Shown: one piece after another, positions 12,614 through 24,651 of the stretch
Layout of the letters: every line of letters begins with the position of its first letter
How positions within the stretch are numbered: the stretch's first letter is position 1
NCBI RefSeq assembly: GCF_006345805.1
Contig: NC_043024.1
Span: forward strand, 17,794,001-17,858,000
Source of the DNA: Octopus sinensis
Lineage: Eukaryota
Length of the DNA stretch: 64,000 bases
Direction of reading: 5' to 3'
Position numbers and translations under genes: made by a program
Notes under the pieces: generated by a model
Told to the model about the DNA's origin: nothing
Database searches by the model: none
Seen by the model: the letters and a program-made list of their open reading frames with translations, nothing else

Positions 12614-12802
12614 GCACTCCACCTTGCTGCCCTTTCTCCGACAAGCTATAAAATGGGTTAGTCATAACCTATGAGTATATTTCAAGTTTACACACGATTG
12701 CAGCAAAGTTCTTGAAATTTTCTGTCGCTACAAGGAATTTTATAGGAAGAGAAGAGTTTTTTCGTTTCTAAGCATTTCTCATGTACAACTGTTATAATAG
12801 CT

Positions 12803-12847
<45 letters not shown>

Positions 12848-13082
12848 GTGATGATGATGATGATGATGACGATGTGAAGATGGTAATAATAACAATAATT
12901 AGTGATTTTGTTGTTGTTGGTCTTGACATATTGGCAAATGTGATGAGATAAGGGAAGTCGTATATGTTTGTATGTGTGTGTTTGTATATGTTTGCGTATG
13001 TTTGTGTATATGCATATTATGCCTTCATGTAATAGTTATATGTGTGAGCATGTGGCTGCATGTATATGTGTATTTATTTGAA

Positions 13083-13127
<45 letters not shown>

Positions 13128-13904
13128 GTTTGCCAGAGTGTGTAATATGTCTACTATTTATTGGTGTGTGTGTGTGTGTATGAACATTGTTTTCTCTCTC
13201 TTTCTCTCTCTCACACTCTGTCTATATCTCATCAGCAGGAGCAACTACCTGTGTACGAAGCAGAGATTGAATTAGGGAAGGGGAGTAGAAAATAATACAG
13301 AAAAAAAAAACACATAAAATAATTCAAAATATTATAAAACAGACCCTCACTTATCTGTCTTACAAATAAACTCGTCATGTATTGAGTGCTCAATCTGCCA
13401 GCACTTTACACTTAAATGCACATCTGTATGTATATATGTATCCATATATACGTCTATGTGTATCTGTGACATTTCCTGCCTATGTGTAAGTCATGCAATC
13501 TCCACCTGAGATACATAGAGAGAGAAACGAGTGGAAGTAACAAATAAGATTTTTATATAAATCTTTCATTTTTATGAGCAACAGCTGGGAAACAAGTATA
13601 TACAAGTTATATATGCCCTACTTTAACAATATAGGTTTGATATTTAGCATCACATGCGCTAGCTTCTTTGCCAGGAGTCACCCCTGACATATATATGTAT
13701 ATACATGTATAATACAAACGTACATATACACATACAAACACACATATAGGTACATAGATACATTCATAGACACATAGATACACGTATAATCATATATACA
13801 TTCATACATATATATACATATATACATTCATATATACATATACACATACACATATTACATATATACTTTCATACATATATATATACATACGTACACATAT
13901 ACCT

Positions 13905-13954
<50 letters not shown>

Positions 13955-14726
13955 TCATATATATACACAGACACACACAACACATATATATATACACACA
14001 TATATATACATATATATATATACATACATGCACATACATATTTGGTTTACTTCTATTCAATTCTGTCCTCTGGATTATACCAATGCTACCAACAACTAAC
14101 AAATCCTTCCTGTTTTTTGGGGGACCATTCCCTTCCACTTTGGACATTTTAATACTCAAACCATGATCAGGCGTTTATTCTGGGAGGTAGGTACCATTAC
14201 TGCTGCTCCATTCTGGCCATTTTTTCACTCACTTCTCTCATCTACTTTATATCTTATTTCATATATGAACCAGTATGTAAAATATATTGTAACATGTTTA
14301 GTGTTGTTGTTGTTATTGTAATTGTTGCCGTTGGTGGTGGTGGTACTGTTAATGTTGTTGTGGCCCTTGTTGTTGTTGCTGCTGTTTAACCCTCTGTCAG
14401 TTCTGGTTACATAGATTTATGATCCTTTGACTATCCTGTCATTTTTTCTCTATATCCTCGATTCTGTCATCCAGTGTATCCTTCTTTACCTTTAAAACTT
14501 TATCATGTAATTTCAGAAGTTTGACTGCTATTTCTAGCAAGTGGAGACTATGTTTCTTCACATATTTTGTTGTAGTGAAGGTGCATGGCTTAGAGGCTAA
14601 GGTATTTGGCTCATGACTATAAGGTTGTGTGTTCAGTTCCTAGCAGTGCAACATGTCCTTAAGCAAGACACTTTACTTTACATTGCTCTATGCCAATCAG
14701 CTCGCAAAACTGAATAGTACCGGTAA

Positions 14727-14779
<53 letters not shown>

Positions 14780-14781
<2 letters not shown>

Positions 14782-15008
14782 CTTTATTGGCCACTCGGGT
14801 CTAAACATAGAGGGGACAAACAAGGACAGACCAAGGGATTAAGTAAATTACATCAACCTCAGTGCGTAACTGGTGCTTATTTTATTGACCCCCAAAAGGA
14901 TGAAAGGCAAAGTTGACCTCGGCAGAATTTCAAATCAGAACATAACAGCAGACGAAATACTGCTAAGAATTTCACCCAGCATGCTCACAATTCTGCCAGC
15001 TTGCAACC
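14780..15008 (-). mobile_element. SINE family B with LINE-type 3' tail (atgtttagacccgagtggccaataaag)
   Basis: Reverse complement of family B, with a tail similar to 45495 and 60040. Confidence 0.8.
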
Positions 15009-15030
15009 CTAAAATATAAAAAATATATTA

Positions 15031-15445
15031 GGCGTAGGAGTGGCTGTGTGGTATGTAGTTTGCTTACCAACCACATGGTTCTAGGTTCAGTCCCACTGCG
15101 TGGCACCTTGGGCAAGTGTCTTCTACAAAAGCCTCGGGCTGACCAAAGCCTTATGAGTGGATTTGGTAGACAGAAACTGAAAGAAGCCCGTCATATATAT
15201 GTAGATATATATATATGTATGTGTGCATGTATATGTTTGTGTGTCTGTGTTTATCCCCCCAACATTGCTTGACAACCGATGCTGGTGTGTTTACGTCCCT
15301 GTCACTTAGTGGTTCGGCAAAAGAGACCGATAGAATAAGTATTAGGCTTAAAAATAATAAGTCCCGGGGTCAATTTGCTCGACTAAAGGAGGTGCTCCAG
15401 CATGGCCACAGTCAAATAACTGAAACAAGTAAAAGAGTAAAAGAG
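15031..15445 (+). mobile_element. SINE family A (followed by a second partial copy to ~15795)
   Basis: Similar to 4038-4420. Confidence 0.85.
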
Positions 15446-16375
15446 GCACATGGTTCTGGATTCAGTCCCACTGTGTGGCACCTTAGGCATGTTTTCTACT
15501 ACTGTCTTGGGCTAACCAAAGTCTTGTGAGATGATTTCTTAGATGGAAACTGAAAGAAGTCTGTCATGTGTGTGTGTGCATCTTTGCATCTGTGTTTGAC
15601 CCCAACTACTACTTGACAGATGGTGTTGGTGTATTTATGTCTCCATAACTTAGCTGTTCAGCTAAAGAGACCAATAGAATAACTACTAGGCTTATAAAAC
15701 AAAAATAAGTCCTGGGGCCGATTCATTCAACTAAAAATTCTTTATGGTCGTACCCCAGCATGGCCACAGTAAATTGTGAAAAGATAAAAGATAAGCAGGA
15801 CTCATTAAACTAGACAGAAGCCTCCAAATCATGGTTTTTAATTTCATGTGTCCACCACTCTCTCCTGTCTGCCACACAATATGTTATTGAGTCAGTGTGT
15901 CTTTTAGGTGCTGCTGCTATAAGGCCATCAACTATTTCCTATCTCTGCTCCAGCCCCAATAAAGCTTTCAAAAATACATTTGCCCCAGGCACCCATTAGT
16001 CATACAAAACGTAGGTCAATAAAAAGGGATTTGCAGGATCTGAGGAGCTATATTACAAATATACAGATCTTAAAGATAAGGAAGTTACGCTTCCTTGCTT
16101 TAGCATATATTCAAATGTAAATATAGAGATAAGTTTTAAAATCGTTCATCTTTATTACGTTCCATGGTCTTCAAGAGTTGGCAATAATGGATGTCCTCTC
16201 CATCCTGTCCCACCCATACACAATTTAGTAAATCATTGTGTTTGTCTTTCTATAACAAAATTGTATCGGGCCATCAAATATCTCTGTCTCTCTCTCTTTC
16301 TCTCTCTTTCTCTATTTCTCTCTTTGTGTCTGCCTGTCTATCTATCTATCTATCTATCTATCCATCCATCCATCC

Positions 16376-16444
<69 letters not shown>

Positions 16445-16446
<2 letters not shown>

Positions 16447-16725
16447 ATAATAATAATAATTATAATGACATTATTGTATACCGTGCTCTGGTGCACCACA
16501 ACTTGTCAGAAGTGCGTAAAAAGTATATGCAGTACTGTACAAATGTCTGGGAAGTGAACACTGTATGAGTCAGATACATGCTTTAGTGTGTATGGAGGGG
16601 AGAAAATCAGTTGTAGTGTTGGCAACTCTCAGGAAGCATGGAAGTTTTGAAGGATACAGTGCTCCAACAACTAACAACTGATGCCAGCAGTTTGTTCCAT
16701 GCTTCAGCAACTCTTAGCATGAAAA
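16445..16725 (-). mobile_element. CR1/L2-like LINE 3' end
   Basis: Minus strand reads FMLRVAEAWNKLLASVVSCWSTVSFK, matching the CR1 terminal motif RV..WN.LP..VV....+..FK. Confidence 0.6.
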
Positions 16726-16929
16726 TATATATATATATATATATATATATACTAGCATTAAAGACCCGTCATTGCCGGGTCATAGTGCTAGTGCATGTAT
16801 ATATGTGTATATATATGTGTACATATTACATGTACATCTATATATATACATCTACACATAAAATACAAAATACAAAGTACTTTGTATCTTGATATCACTA
16901 GTGATAACAATACTCAAAATATATAACAG

Positions 16930-17232
16930 ACTGGAATTGTAAGCCCGTTTCTTGCAATTTCGATCAATTCTATGTTGTCCTCCCTCTTGTATAGAAGTGT
17001 GGCTACAATCCAGCTTACCTCTACTTCGGGGGGGGTGGGGGGGCATTTTAAATTTTTTTCCGAGACGTCCTACATCCCAGATATAAAGGTAAAAATAAAA
17101 TATTTCCACTTTGAAGTTCAAGTCAAGTGCTCCCTTGCACAGTTCGTTGACTCAAACCTTGCTTCTATTGTGGTGAATTTACCTTTCATAGTTGCACCAA
17201 GACACTTTTCGAAGGTGCATTCCTCCATGTTG
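16930..17232 (-). pseudogene. Degenerate paralogue of the adjacent ORF1-like gene
   Basis: Segments FEKCLGATMKGKFTTIEARF, LPLYLGCRTSR and PPEVEVSWIVATLLYKREDNIELIEI align by eye with segments of the 17524-19007 ORF. Confidence 0.55.
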
Positions 17233-17233
17233 T

Positions 17234-19140
17234 TTTATTATTACCCACAAGGGGCGAACATAGATGGGACAATACAATCGGGAAAATGAATAATGAATTA
17301 TGAAGTTTGTACAATGTTGTGTAATGCCCACTCGATCCCCGAAATCGAGTGGTTACATTTCGTCATTTGTTTTTTATTCGTCAACAATATTTTCCAAATA
17401 AAACATTTTATACATTTTCAACATACATTTAAAAAATTTTACAAAGTTCAACATTTTTTTTTTTCCAGAATTTAAAGTTCTTTTTATCATTTCCAAATTA
17501 AAGTTTTCACAATACCTTTTCTTTTATATATACTCCATTATCTCTACCAAATCTGAGTAAACTTTCATCGTTCGTGGCCACCTTGTAAGTCGGCATTTCA
17601 TATGTTTTGACACGTTCTTGCCAGCTGCCTCGATGAACGCCTCGGCGTCGTTCTCGTGGACGAGTGCACCTGTTTCTTTCCATTCGGTGCCCATCCTGAC
17701 CCACGTATATCCGTTTGTTACGTTTATTAAATCTTCCATCTCCTCACAGTGCCTGTGATGGATCAACGTTCCATAGTATTTGAATTTTCTATTCGTACCT
17801 ACGTTTTCTCTAGTTTTTCTCTTAGGACTTACTTCCTCTTTTTTCTCCTCCCTCGGTTTCTCTCTTTCTCTCTTTTTGCTTTCTCTTCTTTCTTTTTCCT
17901 TCTCTTGTCTTTTTGGCTCTTTGTCTGCCGTCTCTCTACCCTGTGCCTTGAGTTCCTTTCCTGTTGTTTCTTTTCCTTTTTGCATACCATCTTTTCCTTT
18001 CTCTTGGTTCTGTTCCTTCTCTTGTTCTTTTCCTGCTTTTTCTCTTTCCTTTAATGTACTTTCCTTTTCTTTTTCTTGCTTCTGCTTTGGCTCCTTCTCC
18101 ACTACTTCTGTACCCTGTGAATTTTGTTCCTTTTCTACTATCTTCTTCCCTTTGTTTTCATTTTCCTTCAGTGCGCTGTTACTTCGCTTCTCTTGTTGTT
18201 TCTCCGTTATTTCCTTTTCCTTGTTTTCGCTGTTCTTTCCTTCATATTCGTTTTCCTTCTCTCCACTTTGTGTCTCTTTTTGCTCCGCTGTGAATTCATA
18301 CAGCGGACATTCCTTTTTTATGTGCCCTCTTGATCTGCACAGGTAGCAATTCGGTTTTCTGCCTTCCACTATTACACTAATTGTTTTCTCGTTTTCTATT
18401 TCTATTTGGAAGGGAAATCTTTCGATGTCTTCCATTGTGGCCATCAGCCACAACTCTACTCCGAATCCCTTCCAATTTAACAACGTTCGTCTCCTTAATT
18501 GACCCTATTTCTACTTCCTCTTTTGCTGCCCCAATAATGGCTGTTACCAGCATTTCTGTTTTAATATCTGGGGGCACCTTGGGACTCTTACCCGTACCCT
18601 CGTCTTCCTTTATACGTCGGCCACATGGTGAAATTTTTCAGCGTTTGAGGCCGGAGTAAGCCGAAGCAGTGGCCGCACTTCCTTTGTTGCGCATCTCACC
18701 TCCACCGTCCATATTTCTTTCCTCTGTCTACAAAAGTCGCTTTTTTCATGATGTCCCCCAGACATTTCTCTATTTCTTCAATCGTCACTCTCACCAGTTT
18801 TCTCGTGTTTCTATCTTGCGTTCTATACGTTATCGTCTTGTTATTTCTCTCTTCTATTGTTTCCACAGGCGGGACCAGCTTCACGCTGTCACCCTCCCTT
18901 TTGACGAACTTCTCGTATTCCTTCAATTGTTTCTTTCTAAAGAACACTTCTTTTATTCTAAGAGACTCGTCACTTTTTGTTGTGGCGACCCCCGCGTAAG
19001 TCTCCATGACTTGAGGGTCGACACACCTTCTATAAAAGGTTCAAACACGCAGCGGCAAACGCCTCGCGCGATTCAATTTTTTGACAATTTTTAACAGTTT
19101 TTTTTCCAATTTTCACATACAAAATAACTCACAACACACG
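17234..19140 (-). mobile_element. ORF1-only (HAL1-like) non-autonomous non-LTR retroelement
   Basis: Single ORF with no RT or endonuclease. The 3' UTR has a hairpin at 17328-17352 and a tail gccccttgtgggtaataataaa shared with SINE B. Confidence 0.6.
17524..19007 (-). CDS. Retrotransposon ORF1/Gag-like CCHC zinc-knuckle protein (~490 aa reconstructed, several frameshifts at 18480-18710)
   Basis: VIVEGRKPNCYLCRSRGHIKKECP is a CX2CX4HX4C motif, followed by a K/E/Q-rich region. ATG at 19007. A 319-codon open frame spans 17524-18483. Confidence 0.7.
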
Positions 19141-19429
19141 TGGATAGATTTCCTCCATGTGTTCAAATCTTCTTTTTTCTCTACATTGTATACTATATAG
19201 ACAATAGTCTTTTCTTTAATTTAATTTTTTATTATCCATCTGGACTACTCCATTTCTGCATGCTAATTTTATTTTTAATTTATTCCCCTTCATGTGAAAC
19301 CACTTATTCAAGTTCAAATCATTGATGCAATTTTATACCAATTGCTATTTTTACTTTTGTCATGTTATTTTAGCTTGATTTTAATTATTTTAATTGTTAT
19401 TATTATTTTGTTGTTAAAGTGAATGTATC

Positions 19430-19813
19430 TGACATAAAATAGAGAAACATTTTTGTTTCACTTTTAACACGTAAAACTGAAATAGTGGTGAAGATATGAT
19501 ATTGCTATTTGCTCACTCTAGGCAAGAAGTTGAACATTTTTTTTGCCCATGAAACTACATCGACCCTAAGTAAGGCATGTGTAAAATTTGAATGGAATTG
19601 GTTGTGTAGTTCTCAAGTTTTAGGGAATCAAAGTGGAGAAGATATGATATTGCTGTGGACTCGCCCTAGGCAAAAAGTTAAAAATTTTCTTTGCTGATGA
19701 CACTCCCCGGACCCTAAGTAAGGCATGTGAATGAAATTGGTTGTGTAGTTCTCAAGTTTTAGGGAAACACATAGACAGACAGACACACATTCTCAGTTTT
19801 ATATATATAAAGA
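19430..19813 (-). mobile_element. Non-autonomous Helitron-like element, 5' part with ~140-bp internal tandem repeat
   Basis: Minus-strand start A|TCTTTATATATAT. Repeat units at about 19490-19630 and 19635-19765. Confidence 0.55.
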
Positions 19814-19819
19814 TATATA

Positions 19820-20001
19820 GGGAGAGTTTATGAAAAAAAAACAAAAGGCGAAGACAGGTGGTGTACAAAACAAACAGATGTATTAGTATAATGCTCAGGA
19901 ATAGAAAAAAGTCTTTTACGTTTCGAGCCTACGCTCTTCTACAGAAAGGGACACAGAAAAAACAAGGAGAGAAAAAAATGTGTGTAGTGGCTAATGATCT
20001 A
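19820..20001 (-). mobile_element. ~190-bp HHR-like repeat (copy 1; copy 2 at 36612-36813)
   Basis: HHR-like motif at 19913-19948: CUUU-CUGUAGA-A-GAGC-guag-GCUC-GAAA-CG-UA-AAAG. Flanked by TA repeats. Confidence 0.65.
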
Positions 20002-20032
20002 TCATATATATATATATATGTATATATGTGTA

Positions 20033-20086
<54 letters not shown>

Positions 20087-20589
20087 AATGTGTGTGTGTG
20101 TTATATATATATATACACACACACATACATATCTTTCCTATCTATCTGTCCCTTTGTCTGTGTATCTGTTTGTCTGTCTTCCCTGACTTCTCCTTCTTCC
20201 TCTCAGTTTCCCAGTTGTCACTAAAATATTCTGATGTTCAAAGAATTTAACCTTCTTGCCTCCTTCTCCTCCTTGTGTTCTTTAGGAGATTTTCTAATGT
20301 TTTATCACTTAAAGACTTCAACGTTTGCAAATCTATTTCTCTTTCTCTTTTCTCTCCCTCTCTCTCTCTCTCTTTCTCTCTCTCTATGTCAAGCTTTGTC
20401 AAATCCTAGTCATGGCCAGTGCCAGGGTCACATGAAAGGCATCCAATACACTTTACTGAGTGTTTGATGTTAGGAAGGGCAGTGTATGTATACACACACA
20501 CACAACACCATCATATTTGGAAAATGGTGTATATACATGAGTCGAAATGACACCTGGCAGTTTATGTGGTACTGTTTAGATAAAAGTTT

Positions 20590-20789
20590 GAGTGGCTGTG
20601 TGGTAAGTAGCTTGCTTACCAACCACATGGTTCTGGGTTCAGTCCCACTGCGTGGCACCTTGGGCAAGTGTCTACTACTCTAGCCTTGGGCCGACTAAAG
20701 CCTTGTGAGTGGATTTGGTAGACAGAACTGAAGCCCGTCATATATATGTGTATATGTGTATGTGTGTATATATATATATATATAATATA

Positions 20790-20830
<41 letters not shown>

Positions 20831-21075
20831 ATGTGTGTGTATATGTTGTATATCTGTGTTTGCCCCCCCCACACACACACACACACCTCCAACATTGCTT
20901 GACAACTGATGCTGGTGTGTTTAGGTCTCCGTAACTTAGCAGCTCGGCAAAAGAGACCGATAGAATAAGTAATAATTCTTACAAATAATAAGTCCTGAGG
21001 TTGATTTGATTCAACTAAAGGTGGTGCTCCAGCATGGCCACAGTAAATGACTAAAACAAGTAAAAGAGAGAGTAA
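20590..21075 (+). mobile_element. SINE family A
   Basis: Similar to 4038-4420. Confidence 0.85.
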
Positions 21076-21233
21076 AAGAGTGTCCAATCCACTAAACTAC
21101 AGTACCAGTTTCTCTGATGTTTAGCAGAACTGACATTTAAAGACAATGAATAATGACAGAGAAATGGTTAGTGTTATGGGACCTGATGTTGGTTTTACTA
21201 TTAAAATGTTTTAACCCTTTAGCATTCAGATTA

Positions 21234-21494
21234 CCCTTATTTACATTATTTACATTCGATGGATATTTGCCATCATCTTTGTTGTTAACACAACGTTTTG
21301 GCTGATATACCCTCCAGCCTTCTTCAGGTGTCTTGGGGAATTTTCAAACCTGGGTTCTCATTCCTAAAGTATTTTTCGCTGCTGCTGCTGCTGTTGTTGT
21401 TGTTGTTGTTGTTCGGGTCACTGCTTAGAATTGAACTTGGAATCTTGGGGTTAGTAGCGACTATGCCATATGCCCTAACCACTATGCCATATGC
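21234..21494 (-). mobile_element. tRNA-headed SINE carrying a minimal hammerhead (HHR at 21287-21332)
   Basis: Head atatggcatagtggttag...caagttcaattc. Motif GACAC-CUGAAGA-A-GGCUG...CAGCC-aAAA-CG-UU-GUGUU. Confidence 0.8.
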
Positions 21495-21499
21495 TAGTG

Positions 21500-21764
21500 A
21501 GCTTATGGCATCGTGGTTAAGAGTGCAGGCTACTAACCCCAAGATTCCGAGTTCGATTCTAAGCAGTGATCTGAACACTAACAATAATAATAATAATAAT
21601 AATAACATCAAAAAATGCCTTAGGAATGAGAACCTAGGTTCGAAATTTCCCCAAGACACTGTAGGGTATATCAGCCGAAATGTTGTGTTAACAACAAACA
21701 AGATAAAGACAAATATCCATCGAATGTAAATAATGTACATAATTCCTCATCTCATAAATATAGA
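21500..21764 (+). mobile_element. tRNA-headed HHR-SINE, second copy (HHR core partly deleted, 21655-21689)
   Basis: A box tggcatcgtggttaag and B box gagttcgattc. Head-to-head with the previous copy. Confidence 0.8.
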
Positions 21765-22464
21765 TCAGATTATGCTGCCGAATGTGATGCTTATGTATTC
21801 ACATTGTTTTGAATTAATCATAGATTATCTTATAGCTTTGAGATTTCAGTATGAATGTTTATTTTTAGAATGACATTGTGAAATAGGTGTGAGAGGCTGG
21901 ATCTAGTCAGTTTGAATTTAAAGCAAGTAAACTATGTTAGCTGGATATGGCCAGTTTAAGTGCTGAGAGGTTAAAGTTTTGCCTAGTTAAAAATAAACCT
22001 TTCCCTGTGTACAACCATGTTGATCCACCATTGTTTAATGAAAATTTCCTATTGTTTGATGTGAAATTAGTCCTGTGGTCCTTAATTGGAATAAAAGTGT
22101 TACATTTAACTTTTACTTTCTTCCTATCAATGTGCATCCATAATGTGGCTATCTGATGAGTGTGAGGGAGATGAATTTAACAGGAAACTCTGGGTCATGA
22201 CTATCATATGATTGTCATTAAACTATAAATGTATATATATATACATATATATTCACCCCTATTCCCATCTTTAACCATTTGTTGCTCTCTTCTCATGCTC
22301 CTTTGAGTATACCCTTTCTAATCCATCTGCTCACACATCCTTTCCAACTCCTTTAGACTAAATTCCCTATATCTTAAAAGTACCCTCTGACACATTGTCA
22401 CCAACGTCTTTATCTTCTTTCTAGTTACTCCCACTCTTTTCTATTCAGGGCAGCTATATATATA

Positions 22465-22709
22465 CAGGGTGGCCCAAAAGTAGGTTTACAACTATCTCAA
22501 TCGCATTCATATATTAACAGAGTGTTCTGAAGAGGTTTGAAGAATGTTGCAATGTTGAAGGGGGACATTTTGAGCATCTGAGGGATTGTCTGTTTAAGAT
22601 ATGCATAAGCAATATGATTGTAAGATAGAAATTTTAATGTAATGAAATGTTTTAAAAGAAATTTAAAGTGACTACATGATAGCTGTAAACCTACTTCTGG
22701 GCCACCCTG
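22465..22709. mobile_element. Tc1/mariner-type MITE
   Basis: TIRs cagggtggcccaaaagtaggtttaca / tgtaaacctacttctgggccaccctg, with TA flanks. Confidence 0.85.
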
Positions 22710-23028
22710 TATATCTCCTTCACAGCAAGACACTTGCACCAATCCCTCTGTCACACTTCACCCTCTCAACACCTGGCATAAAGTCACTTACCCCTCTCCT
22801 ACAGCACCACTCAGATAAGGACTCTTTTTTTATTTTCATTTTTTTTTCTCTTGGGTGCAGGTGTGTTTGTGTAGTAAGAAGCTTGCTTCCCAATCACATG
22901 GTTCCGGATTCAGTCCCACTGCATAGCACCTTGGGCAAGTGTCTTCTACTATTACCTCAGACCAACCAAAGCCTTGAGAATGGATTTGGTAGACAGAAAC
23001 TGAAACAAGTACATCATATAGCGAGGTT

Positions 23029-23140
23029 AACAAACATTAAGACAAGGTAAACATCTCAAGTCATATACATTATTATTATTATTGGTCCAATAATAATAAT
23101 GTATATGAGTTGAGATGTTTGCCTTGCCTTAATATTTGTT
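23029..23140. repeat. Fold-back palindrome, 52-bp arms
   Basis: Arms differ at 4 of 52 positions, with an 8-nt spacer. Confidence 0.85.
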
Positions 23141-23296
23141 GTCCTCTTTAACAATTCTATATCCACTGCATCGGAAATCTGCAATGGCTCCATAACTACC
23201 ATCTTGGCTTTAACCTTGGAGCCCTAATAATCTGTTACAGCACTTACCTAGCATACCTAATCATTTAGATCACCTGTGAACTAAACCCCCATACTT

Positions 23297-23348
<52 letters not shown>

Positions 23349-23615
23349 AGAGCATTATTATTCCTAAAAATAATAACATTAGTGGCCGCAATCGTAAAAA
23401 CGGTATAGGCAAAATTAATAATTGTATATAAGATATTTAAACATGTTTATATATACTAGGGTACTACATAAGCACCTGCTTTGCTGAAAATAGAAGTCAA
23501 AATACTTCTAAGTCACAAAAGAATCACTAAACACAGGCATGATAGGGAAAAAAATTTAGTTAAATAGGAATAGCATCTTACCTCTGCAAAGGATGCAGAA
23601 GAAATGTCAGTTAAT

Positions 23616-23903
23616 CGATATTTAAGAGATGAGGAATTATGTACATTATTTATATTCTTTTACATTTGATGGATATTTGTCCTCACCTTGTTTGTTGTTA
23701 ACACAACATTTCAGCTGATATACCCTCCAGCCTTCATTGGGTGTCTTGGGGAAATTTCAAACCTGGGCTCACATTCTTAAGGTATTTTTTGATGTTGTTG
23801 TTGTTATTATATTATTATTATTATTATTCAGGTCACAGCCTGGAATTGAACTCGGAATCTTGGGGTTAATAGCCCGCACTCTTAACCACTATGCCATATG
23901 CCC
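23616..23903 (-). mobile_element. Full-length tRNA-headed HHR-SINE (HHR at 23700-23745, decayed)
   Basis: Head ggcatagtggttaagagtgcggg...gagttcaattcc, (AAT)n linker, then gacac-ccaatga-aggctg...cagct-gaaa-tg-tt-gtgtt. Confidence 0.85.
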
Positions 23904-24616
23904 ATGGAGGGCTTATAAATCTAATGGGATAGGAGAATATTAGATTTACTTGCCCACATTACTGCTTGACAATCGGTATTGATGTGGTTACATCCTTGTA
24001 ACTTAGCAGTTCCACAAAAGAGACTGATATAATATGTTCTAGGCTTAAAAAATAAGTGCTGGAATTTATTTGTTCGACTAAAATATCTCAAGGCGGTGCT
24101 CCAGCATGGCCACAGTCAAATGACTGAAACAAGTGAAAAAATAAAACTGAATATATATGTATATGTAGGCACAGGCATGGCTGTGTGGTAAGAAGCTTGC
24201 TTACCAACCATATGGTTCCTGGTTCAGTCTCACTGCACAGCACAACACCTTGGACAAGTGTCTTCTACTATAGCCTCAGGCTGACCAAAGCTTTGTGAAT
24301 AGATTTGAAAGACAGAAACTGAAAGGAGCCTATCATATATATTATATATATGTGGAAGTGCATGGCTTAGTGGTTAGGGTGTTGAACTCATGATCGTAAG
24401 GTTGTGCGTTCAATTCCTGGACCGGGTGACACATCGTGTCCTTGAGCAAAACACTTCATTTCATGTTGCTCCAGTCCACTCATCTGGCAAAAATGAGTAA
24501 GCCTGCGACGGACCGGCATCCCGTCCAGGTGGTGAATTTCTACACCACTGAAACCAGGAACAAGCCCTTATGAGCCTGGCATGGCTCGAGAAGGAACATT
24601 TTTATATTATATATAC

Positions 24617-24651
<35 letters not shown>

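Larger units (their letters stand above)
21211..21974. mobile_element. piggyBac-like MITE interrupted by an inverted SINE pair
   Basis: Ends ttaacccttt-agca and tgct-gagaggttaa, with TTAA flanks. Confidence 0.6.

Noticed and set aside
13236-13280. Acceptor-like sites followed by short open peptides (also near 25660)
   Set aside because: No convincing donor or recognisable protein.
17749-18346. Plus-strand F/S/L-rich ORFs
   Set aside because: Antisense shadows of the K/E-rich ORF1 region.
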